Sequence record: MT887289.1
Direction: 5' to 3' (one strand)
Length of the DNA stretch: 64,000 nucleotides
DNA from: Escherichia phage SME50
The position numbers and the translations under genes are program-made. Numbering within the stretch: position 1 is the first letter of the stretch; the number at the start of each line of letters is the position of its first letter. Positions 48,924 through 58,362 of this stretch are shown in pieces. The notes under the pieces were generated by a model. It was not told where the DNA came from and did not search any database. It was given only the letters and a program-made list of their open reading frames with translations.

Positions 48924-49487
48924 ATGAAATGCTATCACGGCACTACTCTGAAAAACTTTGTAAACCTGCTGAATGGTGGCGACAAGCCTGAAGGAATCTG
49001 GAACTGCTCCTACATGGATGATTGTTTCTACGTTTACCCAATGAACAAGGTTATCAAAACGGAATGTCTGGAAGATGAGGAAGATTCTTATATCCGTGAA
49101 CGCTGCATTCAAAGCGCCTTAGAGTCTGGACTTATTACGGCAGCTTTCCAAATGGAAACGCAGGAAGTGATTGTTATCGAAATGGATATCCCAGAGGAAG
49201 AACTTGAGGACGATTATTCTTGTGACAACATGAGCGAAATTGCCAGCTTTACCGGATACTTTGATAAGAATTGGATTATCGGTATACACTCGACGAAATT
49301 TAGTGCGATGTATGCGCCTTTCTTTGTACCGGATACAACTAACCGTAATTTAGGATATATTGACGATGATTTGTTAAGTATGGCGAAAATTGTACAGAAT
49401 AGCGGTGATAGTTCCGTGTTTTGTGACCTACTTGATAAAATCACGGCAAACATCACAGAACGCAATTTAAAAGACTTTTTAGGTTAA
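48924..49487 (+). CDS. array ORF K, hypothetical acidic protein
   Basis: 187 aa. Confidence 0.5.
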   Translation: MKCYHGTTLKNFVNLLNGGDKPEGIWNCSYMDDCFYVYPMNKVIKTECLEDEEDSYIRERCIQSALESGLITAAFQMETQEVIVIEMDIPEEELEDDYSCDNMSEIASFTGYFDKNWIIGIHSTKFSAMYAPFFVPDTTNRNLGYIDDDLLSMAKIVQNSGDSSVFCDLLDKITANITERNLKDFLG

Positions 49488-49550
49488 TCAGTACAAAGAC
49501 ACCAACTTCCAACTTAAGGCCCGTACAGGGCCATTTAGAGGGCTTCAATC

Positions 49551-49784
49551 ATGCTTACAACCATTTACCTCATCCTTTCCATTTGTAATGGTCATTCATG
49601 CGATTTTAAAGGGCTTGAGGAGTTTACAGGGAGTAAAGAAAATGTTATTCATACCTGTCAGATAGCAAGGCAAGACTATCCCGCCAGTGATGATATACAA
49701 TGTTACTTTAAGACAGAAGATAATGACGGCGTTTATTTTGATAGCGTAGACGGTCAATATGAAATTATCATTGAAAAAGACTAG
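49551..49784 (+). CDS. array ORF L, small protein with N-terminal hydrophobic segment
   Basis: 77 aa; atypical leader, no cassette. Confidence 0.4.
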   Translation: MLTTIYLILSICNGHSCDFKGLEEFTGSKENVIHTCQIARQDYPASDDIQCYFKTEDNDGVYFDSVDGQYEIIIEKD

Positions 49785-49874
49785 ACAAGCCTGATAAAAG
49801 TCTGTAAATTGTCAATCAACGGGGAGGTAATAACCTCCCTACTAAACAAAATCCTTAAACTAGGAGATTCGAAA
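49785..49874 (+). promoter_or_regulatory. type-2 leader cassette (partial promoter)
   Basis: taaatt ... ggggaggtaataacctccct hairpin plus conserved RBS leader. Confidence 0.6.
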
Positions 49875-50216
49875 ATGGCTTATGTAACCGTAATTACCAA
49901 TAAAGAAGATTCATCTTGGTCAACTCAAGTAAGTGACAAGATGTCACCTATGCAGTGCCTAAAATACTTTGAGCAATGGAACAAAGGTGAGGAAACAAGC
50001 CCCTTTCAAGTAATGCAGATTATCCATACAGACAACGAAGGGAATAAAACTGTTTTGAATAGTGAGTACTATGCAACCAGATTCGAAACGAGAAGTAAAG
50101 CAATGAAACTCTTACGTGAATCCGGTTATTCTCATATTGCCGCGCTAATCTGGGATGACCTCCTAAAAAGTCAGCGTATCAGTTATGTAAAACCTGAAAA
50201 AATATTCATCAGTTAA
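49875..50216 (+). CDS. array ORF M, hypothetical
   Basis: 114 aa from ATG 49875; tracked ORF begins 49809. Confidence 0.5.
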   Translation: MAYVTVITNKEDSSWSTQVSDKMSPMQCLKYFEQWNKGEETSPFQVMQIIHTDNEGNKTVLNSEYYATRFETRSKAMKLLRESGYSHIAALIWDDLLKSQRISYVKPEKIFIS

Positions 50217-50436
50217 TCAACAACTTACAAAAAACTTTTAAAAAAGTGTTGACAATGCCCCTTGACATTGGTAACTTTGTTCGAGGGGGTTTATCTAAAA
50301 GGGATTAACTTAAAAGATTCTTTATAGATAAACTTAAAAAATTGCTTGCAATCAGATATCAAAACAAGTAAATTACTAATCAACGGGAGGGATAACCTCC
50401 CCACTAAGTAAAGTCCTTAAACTAGGAGATTCAAAA
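50217..50436 (+). promoter_or_regulatory. promoter region plus type-2 leader cassette
   Basis: gttgacaatgccccttgacattgg, acttaaaag motifs, then cgggagggataacctcccc hairpin and RBS leader. Confidence 0.6.
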
Positions 50437-50967
50437 ATGAACAAATTTCAAGCTATCAATTACATCCGCTCAAATAGTGTTATGTCAAAGCCTGTTAAAG
50501 ACACCTATGAATTTCGTTGCAATGGTGTACACTTTGCAACCATCACCAAATCAGAAAACGGGGCTTATTACGTTCATCGCCGTAATGTTGCAACCGTTGT
50601 AGTCTCTCACTTTATGCAAGCTGTCGCGGAACTTCTCCCGATGTTTTTAGGGCTTTACTTAGATGAGTGTAAGCACATTCATAACCATGTTAAAAGCCTT
50701 TTAAACGGTTATAAAATGGCTTATGAGCGTTCTATCAAGTCCTTAAACAAGTTTTACAACGCACCTGAAAACACCGTATCAATGGCATACGCTGTAAAGG
50801 GTGAGGCGGTGAGTCTCTTCGAAGTGGAAGAAATCGAGCTTTATGACCATCGCCCCAATGGTTACGCTAAAACTCTCGGTGAAGGTTTAACGTTCAATAT
50901 CAAGAACTTAGAAAAAACTTTAAAAGATATTGAAAAAGATATTGACGAGACAATCAAAAGTCTGTAA
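50437..50967 (+). CDS. array ORF N, hypothetical
   Basis: 176 aa. Confidence 0.5.
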   Translation: MNKFQAINYIRSNSVMSKPVKDTYEFRCNGVHFATITKSENGAYYVHRRNVATVVVSHFMQAVAELLPMFLGLYLDECKHIHNHVKSLLNGYKMAYERSIKSLNKFYNAPENTVSMAYAVKGEAVSLFEVEEIELYDHRPNGYAKTLGEGLTFNIKNLEKTLKDIEKDIDETIKSL

Positions 50968-51033
50968 ATTGTCAATCAACGGGGAGGGAATGACCTTCCC
51001 CACTAAGTAAAGTCCTAAACTGGAGTTATCAAG
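50968..51033 (+). promoter_or_regulatory. type-2 leader cassette
   Basis: taaattgtcaatcaacggggagggaatgaccttcccc... Confidence 0.6.
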
Positions 51034-51297
51034 ATGGAAAACGTCGAACTGACCACACTTTTACAAATTGCAACCGACAAAGAGGATGTAGCATTATTCC
51101 ACCGTATCGAAAGTGATTTGTTCAATGGTGAAATCATTAAAGAATCTTACGAAGTGGTCGGATTCAAAGATGGTAAATCATTTGGATTCTTTGACCTCGA
51201 CAAAGGCAACGCTATTACAGAGTATGATGTTTTATCTTGTGAGATTCTGACAAAATACAACGAAAAAAGACTTGCAACATACGCCAACATGCAGTAA
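51034..51297 (+). CDS. array ORF O, hypothetical acidic protein
   Basis: 87 aa. Confidence 0.5.
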   Translation: MENVELTTLLQIATDKEDVALFHRIESDLFNGEIIKESYEVVGFKDGKSFGFFDLDKGNAITEYDVLSCEILTKYNEKRLATYANMQ

Positions 51298-51365
51298 ATT
51301 ACTAATCAACGGGGAGGGAATGACCTTCCCCACTAAGTAAAGTCCTTAAACTAGGAGATTCTAAA
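51298..51365 (+). promoter_or_regulatory. type-2 leader cassette
   Basis: taaattactaatcaacggggagggaatgaccttcccc... Confidence 0.6.
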
Positions 51366-51614
51366 ATGGCAACTATCCGCGCAATTGTAAATTCTTATGG
51401 CTGCTACACTCTGGACGTTAAATTTGATATAGGTGGGACCGATGAGTGTTTCGAACTGGTGAAAACAGTCATTAAACAAGTTATCCCAGACTATAACCCT
51501 ACTGATGACTTCTGGAAAGATGCAGTAAAAGAGGCATTGAACGATGAATATCATTACCATTATTGGGGTGATTTGATTGTCTCCCTGTACTACAATAAAC
51601 AAGGTTGCAACTAA
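51366..51614 (+). CDS. array ORF P, hypothetical
   Basis: 82 aa. Confidence 0.5.
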   Translation: MATIRAIVNSYGCYTLDVKFDIGGTDECFELVKTVIKQVIPDYNPTDDFWKDAVKEALNDEYHYHYWGDLIVSLYYNKQGCN

Positions 51615-51651
51615 TCGGCGCAACGGGGCAAATAGCCCCAGATACCTTTAT

Positions 51652-51676
51652 AGCCCCTTAAATGGGGCTTTTTTAC
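51652..51676 (+). terminator. intrinsic terminator ending the plus-strand array
   Basis: agccccttaaatggggct plus tttttac; preceded by second hairpin ggggcaaatagcccc. Confidence 0.6.
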
Positions 51677-53240
51677 GTCTTATCAAATCCTATACAATCC
51701 TTTTCCTTTCCTTTCCAGAGTCTTACTAGACCTTAAAAGCAATAACTCTATAGCTTACTCTATAACCTTTTATCAAATCAACTTAAATATAAGCCCATAA
51801 CCCGAAAGGGAAGGGCAACCGTTTAAACGCTCTATAAAGCTCTATAACAGCCTTATCAACCTAACTTAAGGGATTGCATTAACTCACCCTAAAAAGCCCT
51901 TTATAAAGCTTCCTAGAGGCTTAAAAGAATCTTATAAGGGTGTAAGCTTTATCATCTCGTTAGTTCCTTGTGAATATCTAGAAAGGGCTTGTTAGTGTCT
52001 TAAAAGTATGTTATAGGGGCTATAAAGTAGATTAAAAGTTACTTCAAAGTTACGTAAATGCTAGCCCCCTTAACATTTTCTTAACAATTTCTTAACAAAT
52101 CCTACATAGTTATGCTTTTAAGGTACTTGTTAGCAACTTGTTAGCCCCTTGTTAAATCTCTGTTAATACCTCGTAAAAGCCTTGTAAGAGTCTTTGGCAT
52201 AGCCTTTAAAGCCTCTGTAAAGCCCTATAAAGAGCTTTCTACATAGTTGGGGTGTAATTACTAGGAAGAGACTAAAAAGAGCTTATAAGGAGCTATAAAG
52301 GGCTTTTAAGAGGGCTATTTAAAGAATCACTAAGAGAGAAAGGGAATGATAAGAAAAGAGATAGTGACCATGTTAACAGCTTGTTAAAAAGGTTAAACAC
52401 TTGTTAGGAACTTGTTAATTATCTTAACAAAATAACTCTTTAAAATTAACTTGTTAGCTCTTGTTAGTCATCTGTTAAGCCTCTGTAAAGACTATGTATC
52501 AACTGTTAAGAAACTGTTAAGCTCTTGTTAGTTCTGTTAAGAATCTGTTAAGACCTCTGAAGAGATGTTAAGAGGATGTAAGAACTGTTAAGAGATTGTT
52601 AATGATATTTTAAAATTCTGCAAAGGGGATGTTACAGGGATGTTAAGGGCTACCAAGCAGATATACATCCTAGACAGATATTTTTCAGTTCCTTCAAAGA
52701 CCCTAAAAAATGACTTGATAGTCCTATTTTATAAAAATTTTAAAATTCTGAATAATTACCTAGACAGTCTTCTAAAAATACAGGCATAAACAGGTTTATA
52801 AGATACCTTGTTAGTACCGTGTTAGACCTTGTGAGATAAGGTCTGTAAAGATATTCCTGTTAAGTTTGTTAAAACAGTCTATATAGAGGCTTAGTAATAC
52901 CTAGTGAACACCTATAGAGGGTAACATAGCTGACATAGAGATTAAGAGGTGTATAGGGGCTTCTAAGAGGGTGTAGAGAGATGGTTAAGGTGATTGTATA
53001 GGTTGTTAAGAAGGATTGTTAGAGGGCTATTTAGAAGGGCTATACAGAGGGGCTATTAAGACCACTAGATAGATACTAAGATACTATATAGTACTATATA
53101 ACTATATATATAGAGAGTAAGCTTAAGAAGGTTGTTAAGAAGGTTAGATATTTTATTCACATATGATGGTGACCCAGAGGTTGGGACAACCGATAAAATT
53201 TTATAAAAATTAAAAAGCCCCCAATTAAGGAGGCTCTTAA
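51676..53240. repeat. ORF-free iteron-rich region (candidate origin, packaging or protein-binding array)
   Basis: dozens of short motifs in both orientations: (c/t)tgttaag, ttgttag, ctataaag, cttataagg, ctgtaaag, cttaaaag; AT-rich tract ctatatagtactatataactatatatatagag. Confidence 0.75.
53205..53240 (-). terminator. putative terminator for minus-strand block
   Basis: minus-strand reading gagcctccttaattgggggct plus tttttaattttt. Confidence 0.4.
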
Positions 53241-53246
53241 GATATT

Positions 53247-53840
53247 TTAAACCAGTGTTTCCAGAACTGTCTTCAGTGATGACTTGGTTGTCTGATAAAA
53301 ATGAGTAAATCCATTGTTGTTATCGAATACCTGCATCATGATATCATCTCCCTTGATTGGGTACACTCGGATATCATAGTGGAACCCGTTAAAGACAGCA
53401 GAACCATTACAGAATGAACTAAAGTCATCCACTGAGATGTACTCTTCGTGACCTGTGATTTTTATACAGACACCTTTGCTCGGTCTCTTAGGGTTAATAT
53501 CTTCCATCACAGACATATTCTGTCCACCAAGAGATACCATAGTGACCACTTTACGGTTCTTCTGTTTAAAGTACATCTTAACTTTCTGTAAAGTATCTTC
53601 ATAGAACGGATAAGACTTCTCTACAAAGATTCCTTCAAGTGGCTCTTTACCATTTCTAACTTCTCTGATATGACGTACTGAGAAGATAAGTTGCTCTAGT
53701 ATGTCAAGGCTTTCTTTGGAGAGTGCTTCCCGAACATCAGCCCAGTCAAGGACTAGGTAGTTGCCTTCAACTTCTTTCAAGTTATCTTTTTCCATAGCTA
53801 TCACACCATTATTGTAAAACTTGGTAATCCGGTACTGCAA
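53247..53840 (-). CDS. hypothetical protein
   Basis: 197 aa. Confidence 0.5.
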   Translation of the reverse strand: MQYRITKFYNNGVIAMEKDNLKEVEGNYLVLDWADVREALSKESLDILEQLIFSVRHIREVRNGKEPLEGIFVEKSYPFYEDTLQKVKMYFKQKNRKVVTMVSLGGQNMSVMEDINPKRPSKGVCIKITGHEEYISVDDFSSFCNGSAVFNGFHYDIRVYPIKGDDIMMQVFDNNNGFTHFYQTTKSSLKTVLETLV

Positions 53841-54273
53841 ACTTGTTGTTGTTGTTCTTAATGAGGTCTTCTTCTGTTACTAAGAATGTAAGACCACACA
53901 AGTGTGTATATCTGCTATCATACTCAAATATTTTAAGTAAGTATTTACCATCATGGTAAACAAATTCTACTACACCTTTTGCAACAATCTTTCCAGTCTT
54001 GAAATCTTTAAGAGGGTATACATTACCAACTTTAGGAACTGTTTTCATCTCAGGTTCTTTTAGCTTCTCACCAACTTCTACATCACCTAACAAGTGAGAA
54101 CTCTCAAACGCTACATATTGCATATAAGCTTCTGAGCATTCCCAAATAAAACAATGTACAAGAACCTTAGCAGCATGTCTTGAACAGTTCAACTCATCAC
54201 AGATTTCTTTGTACATTTCATCTTTAGTTGAATTGGTAAGCATTGCTTTTCGAACTGTTTCTTTAATTTTCAT
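53809..54273 (-). CDS. hypothetical protein
   Basis: 154 aa. Confidence 0.45.
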   Translation of the reverse strand: MKIKETVRKAMLTNSTKDEMYKEICDELNCSRHAAKVLVHCFIWECSEAYMQYVAFESSHLLGDVEVGEKLKEPEMKTVPKVGNVYPLKDFKTGKIVAKGVVEFVYHDGKYLLKIFEYDSRYTHLCGLTFLVTEEDLIKNNNNKFAVPDYQVLQ

Positions 54274-54691
54274 AAGCTCTCCGAATAACCCTATTAAGCA
54301 TCTCTAAAGTCAGCTTTCCAGACTCTAAATGTGGCATAACAAGCTTTAAAGCTTTTTCAACATCATGCACAACATCTATTATACCTTCTTCATAGGCTTC
54401 TACAAGGATATCTTTTACATTTTGTGATTTACCTTTTTGTGGTATCACTAGACGCATATCAAACTCATTTGCTTGAGGATGGTTCTTACCTTGCCAATAA
54501 CCATCTTTGTTAAAGCTGATGTAGTCACCGTGGTAAAAGTGTACACCATTAGCTTTAAACTTCTCCAGCACAAGGCATTGAATTGGGTATTCAGTATTCC
54601 ACTCCCTGACTCCTATAACCTTCACTGTTGCGATGTACTCCTGTGTTTTTGCATCTATGATGTCAAGTTCTTGACCAGCTATGATTTGCAT
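54263..54691 (-). CDS. hypothetical protein
   Basis: 142 aa. Confidence 0.5.
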   Translation of the reverse strand: MQIIAGQELDIIDAKTQEYIATVKVIGVREWNTEYPIQCLVLEKFKANGVHFYHGDYISFNKDGYWQGKNHPQANEFDMRLVIPQKGKSQNVKDILVEAYEEGIIDVVHDVEKALKLVMPHLESGKLTLEMLNRVIRRAYEN

Positions 54692-54745
54692 ATTCGCTAC
54701 CTTCTAAGTTCCTACAAAGGGGCTACCAAGTAACCCCTCAAGTTA

Positions 54746-54970
54746 TTACTCAGACTTCTCAGTCTTCTTATCAGATTTCTTACTAGTCTTCTTCTCAGCT
54801 TTCTGTTCAGGTTCCTTCTCAGAAGTTACCTTGATAACCATGTCAAGAAGCTCTGATAGGTCACTCTTCAGCAAAGTAACAGGCTGCTCATTGTAGAAGT
54901 TTTTGTCAAGATAATCTTTGAACTCTTCAATAGAAGGAAATCCAAAAATTGGTACAGGTGTCTTAATCAT
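54746..54970 (-). CDS. small protein with Lys/Glu-rich C-terminus
   Basis: 74 aa. Confidence 0.4.
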   Translation of the reverse strand: MIKTPVPIFGFPSIEEFKDYLDKNFYNEQPVTLLKSDLSELLDMVIKVTSEKEPEQKAEKKTSKKSDKKTEKSE

Positions 54971-55046
54971 TACTTAGTTTCTCCATAGGCATCTTTTAAG
55001 ATTGCCTTGTTAATCATTTCAGCGATTGCAAAACGAACACATACGG

Positions 55047-55580
55047 CTATAATTGTAGGTTGCATTCTTTACTTACCTCTTCAAGTTTAACCTCAGAGTC
55101 CTTGAGTCGTTTCTTATGAACTCTGAATCTCATTAGTGCGATGATGATACCAACTAAAGGGACAGCATACAAGTACCAAACATCATATACCTTTGCAGTA
55201 ATCTGTGTAATGGTTAAGTCTTGAGCTATGGAACTGATTGCTGATACTGCCAGTAATGTTGCTAGGAAAAATGCCAGTACCATTACCGTACTTAAACAAC
55301 CTCTGGCATGGTGTTCATGCTTAATACACTTATTCTTTTCGTCAACGACCCTGTTGTAGTCATTTGTAAAGTCTCTGTAGAAAGCTTTCAAGTATTCTTT
55401 ATTGTAGCCTTCAAAGCAACCTGTACCGTACCAATAATCACCACCAAAATGTGCTATGATACCAGTTTCTCCGTTTGGTTTAGTTACTCTCAAAGATGTG
55501 TGATGACGAGTATCTTGATAGTCTATTTTGTATCTTTCTTCGTAAATCATTTTCCAACCCCTCTCAATCGTTTGTTCCAC
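55047..55580 (-). CDS. membrane protein
   Basis: 177 aa; two C-terminal TM helices. Confidence 0.5.
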   Translation of the reverse strand: MEQTIERGWKMIYEERYKIDYQDTRHHTSLRVTKPNGETGIIAHFGGDYWYGTGCFEGYNKEYLKAFYRDFTNDYNRVVDEKNKCIKHEHHARGCLSTVMVLAFFLATLLAVSAISSIAQDLTITQITAKVYDVWYLYAVPLVGIIIALMRFRVHKKRLKDSEVKLEEVSKECNLQL

Positions 55581-55765
55581 TCAAGGTCAACAAGTCTTTG
55601 TAGGACTTTACCTCTAGGTGTTACACCTTTTAAATCTGCATCGTAGCAATGGTAAAAGTCACCTTCAGCGTGTTTACCATAGCATTTCCTGATATTCTGA
55701 CTTCTACGATACTGCTCTAGTAGGGATAGTCTGTAGTAATCTTCAACTGTAGTTAGTTTTTTCAT
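55547..55765 (-). CDS. hypothetical protein
   Basis: 72 aa. Confidence 0.4.
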   Translation of the reverse strand: MKKLTTVEDYYRLSLLEQYRRSQNIRKCYGKHAEGDFYHCYDADLKGVTPRGKVLQRLVDLEWNKRLRGVGK

Positions 55766-55848
55766 TCTTTCACCACGAATCCTTTTAAGAAACTAAAAAG
55801 GGAACTACCTCTCGATAGCTCCCATCATAGTTAACATTGTATACTCGG

Positions 55849-56430
55849 TCAAGAGTATTTTTTAGGCAGTAATGCACTACGCTTGTTACTCTCTTCACTC
55901 AATAGTGCGATAAATTCATCGCCTTTCCCTTTCCACGGACTGAATGTAGGGATGTGCTCTCTGATAGCCTCAATCACTGTTTTCAGGGCATTGTTCTTTA
56001 ACCACCAATCAGACACTGCCGAAGCTACAATGTAGTAAGCACCATCATCTGTGAAAATTGGCTCAGAGATACATGGTGAAATCATAGTGGTAATGATAGA
56101 GCCATTATTCATGTAGTATGTTCTTTTTTCAACCTTGTCAAGAAGTTTATGAAGGTCTGCAAAGAGACTTACCACCTCTTTATGGTCAATATCTTTTTCA
56201 AGATTTGCTCTATATTTTAATAGTGCAGCATCAACCTCTTTATCATTGAATTTGAAGTATTGGACTTCTTCATTCACACATACACTGATATTATTTGTGT
56301 TTATCGTCAATTTGCACAGTTTGACTGGAGAGTTGATGTTGGTCTGGAAAAGTGCTACACAGCCTTCTACATTCCCGAAATGTTTGACTAGTGTAACTTC
56401 TGGTTGAATGTGCTCATGTTCTTCGGACAT
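55849..56430 (-). CDS. hypothetical protein
   Basis: 193 aa. Confidence 0.5.
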   Translation of the reverse strand: MSEEHEHIQPEVTLVKHFGNVEGCVALFQTNINSPVKLCKLTINTNNISVCVNEEVQYFKFNDKEVDAALLKYRANLEKDIDHKEVVSLFADLHKLLDKVEKRTYYMNNGSIITTMISPCISEPIFTDDGAYYIVASAVSDWWLKNNALKTVIEAIREHIPTFSPWKGKGDEFIALLSEESNKRSALLPKKYS

Positions 56431-56774
56431 TACAGTTTCCTCATTAAATACTTTTTAAGTTGTGTATTAGGTTTCTCAAAAACTTCTATAGAAGATATCT
56501 TGACAGACTCACCACGCATACCAGTGTGTTTGAAAATATAGTATTCTAACATACCTATGTATTTTGCTGGTAAGTCATACTTGACGTACACTGTTACAGA
56601 ATCTTCAAATTCAACAACCTTTGTACCATCTTTGTAGTTAAACTCTTTAGGATGGTTGTAATTGTCGATGTCGTACATTAAAAAGAGTCTTTTACGCTGC
56701 ATATCTAGCTTATTTGTCAAAGACTCTTTGATATCTGAAAAGTTTTTATAGACTGTGACATGGAGCTTACTCAT
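56430..56774 (-). CDS. hypothetical protein
   Basis: 114 aa. Confidence 0.5.
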   Translation of the reverse strand: MSKLHVTVYKNFSDIKESLTNKLDMQRKRLFLMYDIDNYNHPKEFNYKDGTKVVEFEDSVTVYVKYDLPAKYIGMLEYYIFKHTGMRGESVKISSIEVFEKPNTQLKKYLMRKL

Positions 56775-57060
56775 CGTTAAACTCTCTGACGAAGAAATAG
56801 TTGACTTTGTTATTACCTACCATAAGGTCAAAGCAGGTGTTCTCAAAAGGTTTGTTGTAGGCATCATATGAAGTGTACGTATCAGCTACTTGTTTAGTGT
56901 TGAGCTTTTTACTTGATGGATTTAAGAGGCCACCATACAGTTTCTTGATAGCCTCTTCTACAACAGACCAGATGATTTCGTCAGTAATTTCTTCGTACAG
57001 GTCAAGTTCACGCTCTAGTGAGAAGTCACAAATAGGGAAAATAACCTGCACTTTACTCAT
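56767..57060 (-). CDS. hypothetical protein
   Basis: 97 aa. Confidence 0.45.
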   Translation of the reverse strand: MSKVQVIFPICDFSLERELDLYEEITDEIIWSVVEEAIKKLYGGLLNPSSKKLNTKQVADTYTSYDAYNKPFENTCFDLMVGNNKVNYFFVREFNDE

Positions 57061-57455
57061 TAACGGATAACCTGTGTGACTTGAATTGCTTCAGTTACGG
57101 ACAATTCACCTACTTTCTCTTCTTTGATAAAAGTGAAGGTGAGTTCAACAGGTTCTTCCTCTTCTTGCTCAACTGGAACACCATTAAGCTCATCAAAGAT
57201 TGATTGGGTTGTCCAGTCTTCACCACCATCTGGGTAGTGGACTGCGTAAAGAGGAAACTCTAAATTATACCAAGCAAAAACAGGGCAACCATCTGCATCA
57301 TCTCGGCATCTGTGGAGATATGTGTTTGTACCTTCAAAATGCAAATGGAGATTACCATTCTTCTCAAAGAGAAGAGCATCTCGCAGGTCTAGTTCCTCAT
57401 TTTCGCTGTAACGGCTGACATCAACTTTAACGTGGATATGACTGTTATTATTCAT
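57060..57455 (-). CDS. hypothetical protein
   Basis: 131 aa. Confidence 0.5.
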   Translation of the reverse strand: MNNNSHIHVKVDVSRYSENEELDLRDALLFEKNGNLHLHFEGTNTYLHRCRDDADGCPVFAWYNLEFPLYAVHYPDGGEDWTTQSIFDELNGVPVEQEEEEPVELTFTFIKEEKVGELSVTEAIQVTQVIR

Positions 57456-57846
57456 AAAAACCTCTCTCTGCTTGTTCGATTTTTTCTCTTAAAATTTCGC
57501 AATGTTGTAAATGGTAGTTAGCTTCTTGTTCATGTGTTGCTAACTGCCTTTCCAGAACAGTTTTATAGTAACCTGCAAGTTGCTCTTTTGTCAATGGGTG
57601 CTCTGAAATAATATCAAGCCCACTTTCACCAAGAGGGTTGAATTGTCCATGCTCATTGACATTGTAAGTCTCAAACTTGAACAGGCCATTGTTCACAGAT
57701 TCAATAGGTGACAATTCAACAAGCTCTACAGTAAATCGTGTATACACCTTGTCGCCTCTTGAAACCACATTGTTTCCGACAATGCGTACAAGCGAACCAT
57801 TACGTGTGTACTTAAAAGTTCCAAAGTCACTAGCCCAAAGCTTCAT
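57448..57846 (-). CDS. hypothetical protein
   Basis: 132 aa. Confidence 0.5.
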   Translation of the reverse strand: MKLWASDFGTFKYTRNGSLVRIVGNNVVSRGDKVYTRFTVELVELSPIESVNNGLFKFETYNVNEHGQFNPLGESGLDIISEHPLTKEQLAGYYKTVLERQLATHEQEANYHLQHCEILREKIEQAERGFYE

Positions 57847-57857
57847 AGTTTTCTCCT

Positions 57858-57888
57858 TAGAAAATAAAAAAGGCTCCCGAAGGAGCCT
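57858..57888 (-). terminator. intrinsic terminator (minus strand) after lysozyme gene
   Basis: aggctcccgaaggagcct with minus-strand T-run. Confidence 0.55.
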
Positions 57889-57897
57889 ATGAAGATA

Positions 57898-58362
57898 TTA
57901 CTTTGGGTATACACTGTCAAGATAAATGTCAGCTTCCATTCTACGTCTGTTTTTCAGACCATTTGAAGTGACCTTCTTACCTTTGACTGTAACCTTGTTC
58001 CACCACTGCATAGCTTCTGCACAACCTACCTTGTTACCAGCATTGTGGCGCTTGATAAATGTAGACTCCTGCATAGCTGTGATACCGATGTTGTATGTTT
58101 CACTTACAAGTGCATCGAACTCATTCTGAGAAGTTGGAGCCTTGATAGCTTTATTCACTGCTGCAACAAACTTCTCAACATCTGCGAGAAGATACTGTTC
58201 AGCTTGTTCAGCCGTGATTTTCATACCCATCTTAACAGGTTTTCCGTCAATACGGATTGTACCATACCCGATTGTTGGGATTCCGGCAGAGTCTTCGTAA
58301 GCCTCTAACTTCAGACCTTCAAAGAACTTAATAGCTTCTAAACCTTTTCTTGAGAGTTGCAT
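57898..58362 (-). CDS. T4-type lysozyme (GH24 endolysin)
   Basis: 154 aa; FEGLKLEAYEDSAGIPTIGYGT matches T4 lysozyme catalytic region (Glu/Asp/Thr). Confidence 0.85.
   Translation of the reverse strand: MQLSRKGLEAIKFFEGLKLEAYEDSAGIPTIGYGTIRIDGKPVKMGMKITAEQAEQYLLADVEKFVAAVNKAIKAPTSQNEFDALVSETYNIGITAMQESTFIKRHNAGNKVGCAEAMQWWNKVTVKGKKVTSNGLKNRRRMEADIYLDSVYPK

Noticed and set aside
51676-53240. Possible CRISPR array, given the many short repeats
   Set aside because: Repeats are 7-9 bp, irregularly spaced and in both orientations; no 25-40 bp direct repeats with regular unique spacers and no cas genes.
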